A stretch of 64,000 bases of DNA, from the IMG/VR virus record IMGVR_UViG_3300047650_000023; one strand, given 5' to 3'. Below are positions 9,079 through 19,213 of the stretch, in pieces. Both the position numbers and the translations under genes were made by a program. Below the pieces are notes generated by a model. The model was not told where the DNA came from. It did not search any database and saw only the letters and a list, made by a program, of their open reading frames with translations. This DNA comes from a virus. Every line of letters starts with the position of its first letter. Position 1 is the stretch's first letter.

Positions 9079-10646
9079 ATAGAATCTGTAATTGCTAGGG
9101 TTTAAGAAACCATATTATTTTCACATAATTTACCAAACTGCCAACCATTATTATGGCAAATAATTTTTGCTTTCTTCATATAAATGGATAAACTATTTTT
9201 ACGTTCAGTCATTTTAATTAAATTACCTTCTGCATTTCTTATTAATGCATCATGACTTCGTTCACCTCCGCAAAAACCATATACCCAACCAGTTTGATTA
9301 TTATACTTAATCATGTCATTCATAAACACACCATTCCTAAAAGGCACATTTTTATTAGCTCTAGTTGCTGTTACATTTTTATGGCTTCTGCCTTTACGTG
9401 GAATTGATTCATGTAAAGAACGTTTCTTTTTACGAAACTGTTTATACATAAAATATTCTTTCGGATTATACTTAATGATTTTAATTCCACTAATAGTTAT
9501 CGCATCATTATAATGTGTTTTATCCAATTCAAGTTCTTTCCTATTTGGAGTAGTTTCATTTCCATAAGTAATTATAGCATTCGGATATTGTTGAAAAGTA
9601 CGTTTTCTTACAATATTCATAAATACACTTTCACGATATTGTTTAACTTTCTTATGCTCTTTCATCCACTTGTATAAAATACTACCTTGTTTATGATTCT
9701 CAGATGTATGACAATCAGAACATACTGTAATTAAATTATCTGCTCTGTTTGTACCACCTTCTGATTTATATAAGATATGATGAGTGTGCAAAATCTTATT
9801 TTTCTTGTGACATACTTGACAAGTATATTCATCTCTTGCAAAAACAAAATATCTCACGGTGTAATAATCTTTGCAATCACCATTTTGATAATCTTTTCCG
9901 CTGATATCTGGATTAATCATTTTTGCAACATCAAACTTACCAACTTCAATATGAAGTTTTGGATTAAAAACTAAGGAACAAAATGTATCAATCCATTTAA
10001 ATGTTGAATTTACTCGACTGTTAATACTAGGAGGCAACCAATTGTCTTTACGCTTACGATTGAGGAATCTATCTTGTCTATATCTAGTTTTCTTGTTACG
10101 TCTGTGCCTTCTAAATGTTTTTCTTACAATCATTAAATTATGAATATCTTGACGTAATTCAATTTCACCTTTTACTAATACTTTATCATCAGATGTAATT
10201 GCTATGCCAATATGTTTTGCTCCAGTATCTACACCAACATTAACTTCCTGTACAGTTTCACCTGTCGGATAAAGCAATTGAATAGTAAAAGGATTATACT
10301 TAACAATCTTTGCTTTATTCTCTTTCAAAAGCAATCTTGCCTTTTTATTAGAACAAGGCATAAGAGGTTGATTTTTTAAATTTTTAACGAATACTCTCAA
10401 GTTTCGTTCTCCTTTCAGAGTTGTTTCCCTTCGGCAATGTTCTAATCGCTTGTCATTCGACCAATTCTAGGTTGACCGCATCGTGTTTTTCAATGCTTTT
10501 ACAGAGCCTACACAGAGCATGGGACTAGGGAATCATCCCAAGGTGTGATAACGATAAGAACGTAGTAATTTAATACTTAGCCTATTGCTTGATACACGTA
10601 AGTGTATGATATTTCTATCAAAAACCCAAGCAAACCTACAATCTAT
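9079..10646 (-). mobile_element. Non-autonomous IscB-omegaRNA unit bounded by inverted 18-bp junction sites
   Basis: ATAGAAtctgtaATTGCTAGGGTTT (9079-9103) is an imperfect inverted repeat of 10622-10646; no tnpA in the window. Confidence 0.6.
9102..10400 (-). CDS. iscB: IscB RNA-guided endonuclease (OMEGA, Cas9 ancestor)
   Basis: PLMP N-terminus (QPLMPC), RuvC-I VGVDTG, Arg-rich bridge (RRHRRNKKTRYR), RuvC-II HIEV, HNH (HTHH...GGTNRADNL...CH), RuvC-III HYNDA; TTG start after AAAGGAG. Confidence 0.95.
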   Translation of the reverse strand: MRVFVKNLKNQPLMPCSNKKARLLLKENKAKIVKYNPFTIQLLYPTGETVQEVNVGVDTGAKHIGIAITSDDKVLVKGEIELRQDIHNLMIVRKTFRRHRRNKKTRYRQDRFLNRKRKDNWLPPSINSRVNSTFKWIDTFCSLVFNPKLHIEVGKFDVAKMINPDISGKDYQNGDCKDYYTVRYFVFARDEYTCQVCHKKNKILHTHHILYKSEGGTNRADNLITVCSDCHTSENHKQGSILYKWMKEHKKVKQYRESVFMNIVRKRTFQQYPNAIITYGNETTPNRKELELDKTHYNDAITISGIKIIKYNPKEYFMYKQFRKKKRSLHESIPRKGRSHKNVTATRANKNVPFRNGVFMNDMIKYNNQTGWVYGFCGGERSHDALIRNAEGNLIKMTERKNSLSIYMKKAKIICHNNGWQFGKLCENNMVS

Positions 10647-10654
10647 TCACTCTT
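10401..10654 (-). ncRNA. omega-RNA (scaffold about 10401-10634, putative 5' guide about 10635-10654)
   Basis: GC-richer structured non-coding segment directly 5' of iscB: 5' stem TTGCTTG/CAAGCAA, then AATAGGCTAAG, ACTACGTT, CCTTGGGATGATTCCCTAGTCCC and CATTGCCGAAGGG, resembling omega-RNA elements. Confidence 0.8.
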
Positions 10655-10834
10655 TACAATTGTTACTTGAAATTCTGAACCATCTTTCATTTTTACAACT
10701 AAACCTTTATTAGATGTTAAAACTCCACTATTCTCAAATGTATTTATTCTTTTTGGAGCTTCTACAAAACCGTTATCTTTATCAATTTCTAATAGTACTT
10801 CTTGTAAATATTCTTCAAAATCCATTGTGGTCAT
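10643..10834 (-). CDS. Hypothetical phage protein
   Basis: GAAAGG upstream; its stop lies in the junction site upstream of the omega-RNA. Confidence 0.7.
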   Translation of the reverse strand: MTTMDFEEYLQEVLLEIDKDNGFVEAPKRINTFENSGVLTSNKGLVVKMKDGSEFQVTIVKSE

Positions 10835-10869
10835 AAATTAATCAACCTTTCTAATTTCAAAATTTTAAA

Positions 10870-11082
10870 TTAACAAACTTTTTCCAAAATCTCTTTATAA
10901 TCCGCTAATGTATCAGTAGCTTTCTTAAATTTGCTACTCATTTCATTTTTTAAAAAAATCTTTTCATGTATTTTAATTGGAATAAATAATAGCTTTTGAT
11001 ATAGTTTACATATAAGTCCGTCATGACCATATTCAGATATTTTATAAAAATAATTTTCTGAATCTAATTCAATTTTATTCAT
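10870..11082 (-). CDS. Hypothetical phage protein
   Basis: ORF in array. Confidence 0.6.
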   Translation of the reverse strand: MNKIELDSENYFYKISEYGHDGLICKLYQKLLFIPIKIHEKIFLKNEMSSKFKKATDTLADYKEILEKVC

Positions 11083-11127
11083 AATAAATCAACCTTTCTA
11101 AATTCAAAAAAATTTATCCTATAAAAT

Positions 11128-11763
11128 TTACCATTTATCATAAAACATTTTAGTAAGACTTTTGTATTCCTGTTCTCCAATAAATGCCTCAGACGTTACA
11201 ATTGCCTTGACTGTATTATCAAAATAATCTGACGAATTTAAAACGCCAACTGATTCAACTTGATCATTAATCCATTCTGAAAATGCTGTAAATTCATCCA
11301 CTGGTTTATATTTGCCAACAGAAGGGCTGGAGCAAATAGTAAGTGACAATATTTTACCTGTCTGTTCTCCAAGAAAAGTTAATACATAAGAAACAAGTTT
11401 TGTTTCTTTCCCGTATAAATGTGTTGGTATATTTGATTCTGTACGATAAATTTCAACAAACCAATCGTCACCACTTTCAGTAGATAAAATATTAATATCA
11501 ATTTCTGGATTTTTACACAATACATCAAAAAGTTTCTTTTCATAGTCTTTGTTATAATCAAGATTAAATTCTAATCCAGAATCAAAAATTGCAATTTCTC
11601 TTTTTTCATGTTCTTGTTTTTTATCTTCATCACAATCATCATATGATTCACAAATCATTTTATTTGTTTTTTCGTTATATCCTATTACACACCAAAATTT
11701 ATTATCTTTACTAAAAGTCTCATTGTTTAACCAATCATACATATTCAACACCAAACCTTTCAA
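11128..11763 (-). CDS. Hypothetical phage protein
   Basis: 211-aa ORF; true start probably MYDWL. Confidence 0.7.
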   Translation of the reverse strand: MKGLVLNMYDWLNNETFSKDNKFWCVIGYNEKTNKMICESYDDCDEDKKQEHEKREIAIFDSGLEFNLDYNKDYEKKLFDVLCKNPEIDINILSTESGDDWFVEIYRTESNIPTHLYGKETKLVSYVLTFLGEQTGKILSLTICSSPSVGKYKPVDEFTAFSEWINDQVESVGVLNSSDYFDNTVKAIVTSEAFIGEQEYKSLTKMFYDKW

Positions 11764-11793
11764 ATTTTATTAATATAATTATACCACAATCTG

Positions 11794-12330
11794 TTATACT
11801 TTTGCACGATTAGATATCAACCAAATTAACATATCTTTATTAACTTTTTGTTTTGCATTATTGATATCATTACTAACAATAAAAATCATTAATGATCTTA
11901 AATGTGCATCTGCCGATGTTCTGTTACCAACAAATCTAACAATTTCATTAACTGTTACTGTAGCAAAATCCTTGCTGCTAAGTTGCTCAAGAAAGTTTCC
12001 TATAGTTGCTTTATACGTTGCCCAACTGGATTTTACTATAGTCTGTTCAAAAGCATCATAATACTGTTGATTATCAGCACTCAGATTAAAATGTTTAATG
12101 TTCTTTTCTGCTGCTTTTGCAAAGTCTTGATTCATTGATCCTTGATATTTAAAATGTGAAATATCAATACCAAGAACATCAATTTGTTTTCTTATATACT
12201 GTCTTGTAGTGCCGACAGTGTTATTAAAACCGAGATTATCACATACTTTTGCAATTGTGTCTGAAGATTGTATCGCCTTAACAAAATCATCTTTAGCTAT
12301 TTGTCTTCTGCCTAATGTCACCATTTCCAT
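11794..12330 (-). CDS. Putative DNA-binding protein: HTH-like N-terminus plus integrase core-binding-like C-terminus, no catalytic domain
   Basis: N-term FVKAIQSSDTIAKVCDNLG...LGIDISHF; C-term SSWATYKATIGNFLEQL...ATVTVNEIVRF resembles integrase SAM-like domains. Confidence 0.45.
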   Translation of the reverse strand: MEMVTLGRRQIAKDDFVKAIQSSDTIAKVCDNLGFNNTVGTTRQYIRKQIDVLGIDISHFKYQGSMNQDFAKAAEKNIKHFNLSADNQQYYDAFEQTIVKSSWATYKATIGNFLEQLSSKDFATVTVNEIVRFVGNRTSADAHLRSLMIFIVSNDINNAKQKVNKDMLIWLISNRAKV

Positions 12331-12370
12331 AATTCAAACCTCCGTCAAACTTATTTTTTATTATATATAT

Positions 12371-12398
12371 ATTATAGCACTTTGAATTGAAAAGTCAA
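12371..12398 (-). promoter_or_regulatory. Sigma-A-type promoter
   Basis: TTGACT-16-TATAAT on minus strand upstream of the 12330 start. Confidence 0.55.
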
Positions 12399-12435
12399 TA
12401 CTATTTTGATAATATTCTTAATTTATTTCGCTTAT

Positions 12436-12705
12436 TTATTCACATTCAGTCATTACAAAATAAGTATATAATTGATCTGCAATATCATCCAAAGTCAAAT
12501 CTTGACCACTATAATTCCAATCATATTTATTAATTGCTTTTGGCATTGAAAGATTTATATTATATGTATTATTATCATTACTTTGAATATCGACCACAAT
12601 GCCATAATTTTGCCCTGTGTACCGATTTTCTTTAGCTATCTCGTTAATTATACCTTCAACCATTTCAGCTATTGTAAGCCCTATAATATTAGTGTTGTTT
12701 ATCAT
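12436..12705 (-). CDS. Hypothetical phage protein
   Basis: AAAGGAG upstream. Confidence 0.65.
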   Translation of the reverse strand: MINNTNIIGLTIAEMVEGIINEIAKENRYTGQNYGIVVDIQSNDNNTYNINLSMPKAINKYDWNYSGQDLTLDDIADQLYTYFVMTECE

Positions 12706-12876
12706 AATTTTAACTCCTTTAATTTATTATAATATTTGGCTAAAATTTAATAATCCGATTTTAAATCCTGCCTAGCTTTAGCTTACGTATCTGCGCTAAA
12801 AAGAAAATGTCCTGATTTATAAACCTCAATATGCTCGTTTACATGTTTGATTGTAATCAAAATAATCAACCTCACA

Positions 12877-13119
12877 TTAATTTATTTTATTAATATTAAC
12901 TAATATATTATGCTTCTGAAGCAAGCATCCTGCCACTAGAAACACAGGTATTGAAGCTACTGGAACGCCAGATATAATTAATATTACACCGATCAGAGCC
13001 ATAATAGCACCATAAATGTGCTGTTTTATGATAGATTTAATATGTCTGCGTGTATTATGTACAACGTGAAAATGAGGCTGTGTAGAGGCTTGTGGTTGAC
13101 TTAATAATGTATTAACCAT
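12877..13119 (-). CDS. Small membrane protein
   Basis: Two hydrophobic segments. Confidence 0.6.
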   Translation of the reverse strand: MVNTLLSQPQASTQPHFHVVHNTRRHIKSIIKQHIYGAIMALIGVILIISGVPVASIPVFLVAGCLLQKHNILVNINKIN

Positions 13120-13162
13120 TCATTTATACTTCCTTTTCGCTCTCGTTTGAAACGTGAGCGGA

Positions 13163-13345
13163 TTAATTAATCTGCTTATAAAATCCAGTCTCTAACATTT
13201 GACTTAATCGGCACTTTGAAACGCTATTTCCATCCACATCATAAACTATGTTCAATCCATTATGATTAGTATCTATACTCACATATCTTATAATATTAAA
13301 CATATTTTCAACTTTAATTGCTTTCTTCAATTGCTCTAATCCCAT
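13163..13345 (-). CDS. Hypothetical phage protein
   Basis: AAAGGAAG upstream. Confidence 0.6.
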   Translation of the reverse strand: MGLEQLKKAIKVENMFNIIRYVSIDTNHNGLNIVYDVDGNSVSKCRLSQMLETGFYKQIN

Positions 13346-13752
13346 ATTTAACTTCCTTTTAACTTGATTAGAATTGATTACAAATTAATTATTACGCATC
13401 ATATAGTTATATAAATTTTGCTGTATTTCGATTTTTACATGAGCTTCCCATATTATAATTCCAAGAAAAATTCCTATTACAATTAATGCAAATAAAACTT
13501 TCCCTTTGCCTGTTGGACTCATTCTATAATTTCTGTGCATCATCATACGGCGCATTCTCATTATTTATTTACCTCCACCAATTAACATAATTTCCACAAT
13601 TGCAATTGCAATACAGATTAAAACTAAGAAGAAGTTTCTAAAAAAATGAGAACGACCTCTATGCCTTGACATACCCATCATACGCATTGCACGCATTTCA
13701 TAATCCAACCTTTCAAAATAAAGTGTGAATGAAAGCATTAATCTATGGTAGT

Positions 13753-14316
13753 TTAAAATTTCTTATATGCTGTTCCACTCCATTTTAATCCTTCAATCAA
13801 ATAACCAGACATACACTCAAGTTTTTCTTTTCCATCTTTAACATGATTCTCAAAATAATTAATCGTTTTCTTCATATCAACTGTCTTGCAAGGTGCATCG
13901 TTAGAAATAGAAACTTTACCACTGTTAAGATCATTCGGTTTATAATCTTCATACTCCGCAAAAGCGCCTATACCTTGGAAGTAATCTGTTGCTTCATAAC
14001 CAGATTTCATATAAATACGTTCACCTTTTGTAAAGATGATTTTGCTAAATCGAGATGGATCACTTACTGAATCCTCATGATTAGTATAATCCCTATTATA
14101 CATGTTATAAATATATTCAGGATCAGCATCATATGCATTAATTTCTTTATCTGCTCCGATTGCAAAAGAAACACCACAATGTGTATCAATTACCAACAAT
14201 TCTTTTTCTGCGTCAATCGCTTCATCAACATCTTTGTTATCAATAAAAAGTACACGACCATCACTCATAAAATAACAACTATATTTTCTTTCCATAATAA
14301 TACCTCTTTCAATCAT
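13753..14316 (-). CDS. Hypothetical protein, paralog of 15653-16156
   Basis: Shared motif GRVLFI...(D/C)xHCGxSFxIGAxKEIN. Confidence 0.75.
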   Translation of the reverse strand: MIERGIIMERKYSCYFMSDGRVLFIDNKDVDEAIDAEKELLVIDTHCGVSFAIGADKEINAYDADPEYIYNMYNRDYTNHEDSVSDPSRFSKIIFTKGERIYMKSGYEATDYFQGIGAFAEYEDYKPNDLNSGKVSISNDAPCKTVDMKKTINYFENHVKDGKEKLECMSGYLIEGLKWSGTAYKKF

Positions 14317-14542
14317 AATTTATTTCTGTTATCTAACTACCATAAAAACACCATTTGCTGAGGATGAATTTAAAAGAACATTAATTCTTTTTCATCATCT
14401 TCTTCATTTATTTCTCTGTCGATATCAAGAATAGCATTAGCCACAAGATTAGCCGTCATTCTATCACAATTGGTAATATTCATTACTGCGTTCTCCATCT
14501 GTGTCATAGCTTTCATTTTAATACACTCCATTTTCTGTTCTG

Positions 14543-14809
14543 TTATAAACCTAATTCAAATACCATCTGACACATACTACTAACAGGCTTATAATAATGT
14601 TTATTAAAATAATTATTGTTATTGCAATATTTGATCATTAATTCATTAACATTATTACATTTTGATTTTATTAACTTGTTCTTAATTTCTTTCACCCATT
14701 GCTGCGGAGATTTACTTATTTTCTGATAATAAAGATAATTTCCTGAGTCTGTTATAATGTATTCAAGTGTTATTCCCATAGCTACACAAGTATGTACTTG
14801 TTCCATCAT
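14543..14809 (-). CDS. Hypothetical phage protein
   Basis: ORF in array. Confidence 0.6.
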   Translation of the reverse strand: MMEQVHTCVAMGITLEYIITDSGNYLYYQKISKSPQQWVKEIKNKLIKSKCNNVNELMIKYCNNNNYFNKHYYKPVSSMCQMVFELGL

Positions 14810-15119
14810 ATAGTGTCCTTTCAGTTAAATAAATATGCTAGTTAATTTTCATAAGTTTCCCACTTTTATCTGTAACTGTGACATTATAAAAATCTTTTGC
14901 CCACATAAGAGAATGAAAGCCAAACCATTTTGATACAGCCTCATTTGCTGTATCAGCAACAATTAAAGAACCATTTACATAATAATCATTCATGATATTT
15001 ACTCCATTCAGTTTATTTCAATACGATAAATGCCTTGATTGATGATACATTTAGATTACCTTAACTAATTTTATGTCGTGAACTTGATGATATTTTTGAT
15101 TGATAAACCGAAATATTAT

Positions 15120-15566
15120 CTAGTTTTCGTCATTATCTTCTTCACTTTCTTTTCTGCATTCTATACATTCTTTCAAACAATCTAGTATCCATTTAAACCA
15201 ATCATCACAATCAAATAAGTCTATATAAAGTTGATTAGCTAATTCTGCTACTGCTTCAGCAAAACTATCTAAATCTAATTTAGGATTCTGATCTTGAATA
15301 TCTCCAGTAAATTTACGATTTTCAAAAATCGTTATCTCTAAATACGTTTCTAAATTTCCAACTAAAATATCGTCATGTTTATAAAGACGTTTTAAATGAA
15401 GTTTTTCTAACATTTTATCAAAAGTTTTTTTATCGTCTATATCTCCATCACGATAAACAAGAAAAGATTTTAAAATATTACTAAATATTATATTATTTTT
15501 ATTATCAAGCTTTTTATGCAAAAGTTTCAATATATCATCATTATTAAAATCTATAACATATAACAT
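15120..15566 (-). CDS. Hypothetical phage protein
   Basis: AAGGAG upstream. Confidence 0.65.
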   Translation of the reverse strand: MLYVIDFNNDDILKLLHKKLDNKNNIIFSNILKSFLVYRDGDIDDKKTFDKMLEKLHLKRLYKHDDILVGNLETYLEITIFENRKFTGDIQDQNPKLDLDSFAEAVAELANQLYIDLFDCDDWFKWILDCLKECIECRKESEEDNDEN

Positions 15567-15652
15567 AATAATTTCTCCTTTAAACTTGCCTGTACTTATG
15601 TATCAGGGCTTACAGTTTATTTACCATCAATGTTTTATTTCATGGTAGTTAA

Positions 15653-16156
15653 TTATTTATTATAATCATGTTCAAATCTTGTACCTGCCCAATGAATATC
15701 TACTCCATAATGACTCATAGCCTCAATCTTATCATCATCGTGAATCCAATTGATAGTGTGCTGTGTATTAACTGTTCTACGTTTCTTATCCCATTCTTCT
15801 TCTGTTATATCATCAGGCTTTTTCGTGTCCCAATCAATAAAACCTTGCCCATGATATGTTGCTTCTCCACCAGTTTCCATCCGAATCATTTCGCCACGAG
15901 TAAAGACAATGCTATCAAAACGATTCATGTTGGTTTCTATTGTATTTTTCATTTCATATGAATACATCATATAACATTCTTTTCCGTCTTCAGAATATGG
16001 ATTAATTTCCTTATTAGCTCCAATTACAAATGAATCACCGCAATGATTACAAACAACTAATACTTCCTTTTCATTTTCTATTGCATGGTCAATTTTATCC
16101 TGTTCAATAAAAAGTACTCTCCCACAATCACAAAACCTTACATCATATTTTTTCAT
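15653..16156 (-). CDS. Putative zinc-binding protein, paralog of 13753-14316
   Basis: CDCG and CNHCG motifs. Confidence 0.75.
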   Translation of the reverse strand: MKKYDVRFCDCGRVLFIEQDKIDHAIENEKEVLVVCNHCGDSFVIGANKEINPYSEDGKECYMMYSYEMKNTIETNMNRFDSIVFTRGEMIRMETGGEATYHGQGFIDWDTKKPDDITEEEWDKKRRTVNTQHTINWIHDDDKIEAMSHYGVDIHWAGTRFEHDYNK

Positions 16157-16230
16157 ATGTAACAGTCACTTTCTAATTATAATTTATTTCTGTTAAGTGT
16201 GAACCAAATCCGAATTCTATAGGGTTTATC

Positions 16231-16521
16231 TTATACATCAACAATGTCATACGTTATAGTTTGATCATTGTTTTGAATAAACTTTTTTATTTTTACATTA
16301 TTATCTTTGAGATTCTGAATTAAATTATAGTATTTCTTTGAAAACTCTCCATCATCACCATTAATATCACCAATGTAATTTTTACTTGTTTGTATAGACT
16401 CTTCATAATAAATCTTTTCACCATCTTTTATAATGTCTACACAAAAATAATCAATTCCTTGTCTTAATTCTGTATGAACATGAATATATGCATGTTCCAT
16501 AATTAGCACCAACCCTTTCAT
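16231..16521 (-). CDS. Hypothetical phage protein
   Basis: Directly downstream of the promoter at 16549-16577. Confidence 0.65.
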   Translation of the reverse strand: MKGLVLIMEHAYIHVHTELRQGIDYFCVDIIKDGEKIYYEESIQTSKNYIGDINGDDGEFSKKYYNLIQNLKDNNVKIKKFIQNNDQTITYDIVDV

Positions 16522-16548
16522 ATTTCAGTATCTGTTTTCCATGATTTT

Positions 16549-16577
16549 ATTATACACTATTTAGTTTGCTTTGTCAA
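16549..16577 (-). promoter_or_regulatory. Consensus sigma-A promoter
   Basis: TTGACA-17-TATAAT on minus strand. Confidence 0.85.
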
Positions 16578-16595
16578 CAATAAATTAAAAATAAT

Positions 16596-16826
16596 TCAGA
16601 ATATTTTATAATTTTCTCCGGTCTTTAATTTAAATTCAATATCTAATTCTGCATCTAAAATATCACTATATTCTTGAAGGTCTTTAATAGTCCAATTATT
16701 ACGTGATAACTTATTATGAATATTCTGTGCGCTAGTCTTTTTAAGTCTTGCAAAATCCGCTATAGACAGTCCACAATGCGCTATAAACATCTTAATTCTA
16801 TCTGATATAGTTATTATAGTAATCAT
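16596..16826 (-). CDS. Xre/Cro-family HTH regulator
   Basis: LSIADFARLKKTSAQNIHNKLSR helix-turn-helix. Confidence 0.85.
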   Translation of the reverse strand: MITIITISDRIKMFIAHCGLSIADFARLKKTSAQNIHNKLSRNNWTIKDLQEYSDILDAELDIEFKLKTGENYKIF

Positions 16827-17299
16827 ATTAATCTCCTTGTAACTAAAATGTGTGGATTTTGGGCATGATAATAGATTGATATTTTATCTATTTATAAGTA
16901 TAATTGTATGCTTCAATATGAGTTTTTGCCCATTGTGCAAATTCAATAAAATCGAATATATTAGTTTTAATAGAATAATTTGCTCTATTTCTATTATGAA
17001 AATAATAATAAATAAACGCCTTAATAAATATAATATACTTTTGCATTATATCACCTTCATAAATATTTTTGTGTATTGATGGGTAAATTTTTTAGCCACT
17101 GATTGTATTAGTAATTAACCCATAAAAATTTGCTTCAAATGTTGTTTGCGCTAAATCTTGTATTTCTTCTTGTGTGGCATTATCTCTTACAAGAACATTG
17201 ACTTTAACTACACCTAAAGGATGTTTTACATAAGTAGGTACTTGCTTCATTTTTTAGCCTCCGTTTCAAGTGTGCATCAATCCACTCTTCTATATGGTA

Positions 17300-17617
17300 T
17301 TAACTAACTCTCATTATAAGTTGCATATTCAATTCTTTATTATAAGATTCATGCCTTGGCTCGTTTTTTAATATAATATATTCATATCTGTTTATTAATT
17401 CAAGTATCATATCTGTAGTTTTTGCCTGAATTGTTTGAATCTTATTAACTGATGATAATACGTCTTTATAATACAAATTATAAATAATATCTGCTTCTTG
17501 TGTATCATAAATGCTATATATAAATTTGTCTGTTTCAATTCTTAAACGTGTCGGAGTATCTATCTTTTTTAATTCTTTCTTGAAATTATTAAACTTTATC
17601 TCATTCATCCTCACCAA
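17300..17617 (-). CDS. Hypothetical phage protein
   Basis: Bounded by junction sites at 17276 and 17613. Confidence 0.6.
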   Translation of the reverse strand: MVRMNEIKFNNFKKELKKIDTPTRLRIETDKFIYSIYDTQEADIIYNLYYKDVLSSVNKIQTIQAKTTDMILELINRYEYIILKNEPRHESYNKELNMQLIMRVS

Positions 17618-17626
17618 ACTCCCTTT

Positions 17627-17833
17627 TCATTGTATATTATTTGACATAACTAAAATTTTATCTTGTATAGTTTTACATGATTTAAGAAATTCTATGCCAG
17701 ATTGCAGATTAGAAATCATTCTATCATAGTCAACAATATTAATTCCTAATTCTTCATTTGGCATTTTATAATTTTCCGATTCTACAAATACATCACCATC
17801 AAATCTTTCCGAAACAATAATATCTTTAAACAT
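17627..17833 (-). CDS. Hypothetical phage protein
   Basis: Bounded by junction sites at 17613 and 17835. Confidence 0.6.
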   Translation of the reverse strand: MFKDIIVSERFDGDVFVESENYKMPNEELGINIVDYDRMISNLQSGIEFLKSCKTIQDKILVMSNNIQ

Positions 17834-18241
17834 TATAAATCCTTCTTTCTAAAATTAATAGTCTCCAATAACGCCATTATCAGAATCCAAAATCGTGTAA
17901 ACTATTTCTTCATCATCATTTTGCTTGAGTATCTCAATCATAGTTACAGCACCTTGAATAGTATCATATTTATAATCATACTCAATATTGTTTTTTTCGG
18001 TCAATAATTTTATACATAAAATTACCTCTTTCTTATTTCTGAATTTATAATCTGTATGATTTAATTATATCGTTGCTTAAATCGTTCTAAATATTCTAAA
18101 GCTTGCTCGTACATACCACTGAATAAAATAATATCATCAATTAAAACATGCCAAATATTATCATTACCTTCTGCTAATCGTAACAATATATTTCACCAAC
18201 CTTTTTATTATTATGTAAAACATATTGTCAATATTATTATA

Positions 18242-18454
18242 TCACATATAGCTATAAATACTAATAAGAGATATTGAATTTTTACACTCGCCTTTTGGAT
18301 TTAAAGTCTCTACAAGATAACTATTAATTCTTTTTGTAATTCTGTCAAACAACATTTCACTCGTAAAAGGTTTATTTACAATTGCCGTTACTTCATCTTT
18401 GATTGCTACGTTATTTTTATATCGTGCTAAAAGTTCTGATTGCCAGCGTTGCAT
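18242..18454 (-). CDS. Hypothetical phage protein
   Basis: GAGGT upstream. Confidence 0.6.
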   Translation of the reverse strand: MQRWQSELLARYKNNVAIKDEVTAIVNKPFTSEMLFDRITKRINSYLVETLNPKGECKNSISLISIYSYM

Positions 18455-18713
18455 TTTGATTACCTCAATTCATTTATTATTAATATCCAAGATAGTTATA
18501 TATACTAATGAATGCGTTTGTTTCCTGTCTCTGTCCACGCTGATTGAATGTTTCGACAAAATAACCGCTTAAATCCTTTGTGATATCCATAAACTTTCCA
18601 TCCGAAATTCATAAGTTCATGAGCTATTCTTACTTTTGCATCTTGCATTGTATAATAATTAGACATAATATATACCACCTTTAATAATTCTAATTTATTT
18701 ATTCGATAGATAT

Positions 18714-18742
18714 ATTATACTACAATAAATTAAGAATATCAA
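18714..18742 (-). promoter_or_regulatory. Sigma-A-type promoter
   Basis: TTGATA-17-TATAAT on minus strand. Confidence 0.7.
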
Positions 18743-18927
18743 TGGTATTTTATGCTTTTGTAAAAATATATTTAAGTTTATTTTTAATGAAATTATTTTA
18801 AATATGAGTATGGTTTAGACTGTTGCTGTACCTATTACAGTGCATTCTGATAGCCTATTATTTTAGGGTTATAATATTACTATTAACATATAAACTAGCT
18901 GTGTTGCTGATTAATTAAAAGCAAAAC

Positions 18928-18958
18928 AAAAGGTATAAGGCTATTGCCCTATACCTTT
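18928..18958 (-). terminator. Intrinsic terminator
   Basis: AAAGGTATA...TATACCTTT stem followed by a T-tract on the minus strand after the 18965 gene. Confidence 0.65.
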
Positions 18959-18964
18959 ATATAG

Positions 18965-19213
18965 TCAGTCAATTTTATTCTGAAATTTTTTATACAATAA
19001 AAATAAAATAATTACAATAACCGAATAAATGTAATAAGTTATTCTTGTATGTGCAATACATACGCCAATAATAATGGCAATAATAGAAATATAAAATATT
19101 ATACGTGTTTTACAAAATTGAATAAAACGATGAATTGTATCATTATCAAACATTAAATTTCTCCTTTTCAGCCGATAAAATAGTAGTTCTATGACATCAA
19201 ATAAACTTGACAT
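18965..19213 (-). CDS. Small membrane protein
   Basis: Two hydrophobic segments. Confidence 0.55.
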   Translation of the reverse strand: MSSLFDVIELLFYRLKRRNLMFDNDTIHRFIQFCKTRIIFYISIIAIIIGVCIAHTRITYYIYSVIVIILFLLYKKFQNKID

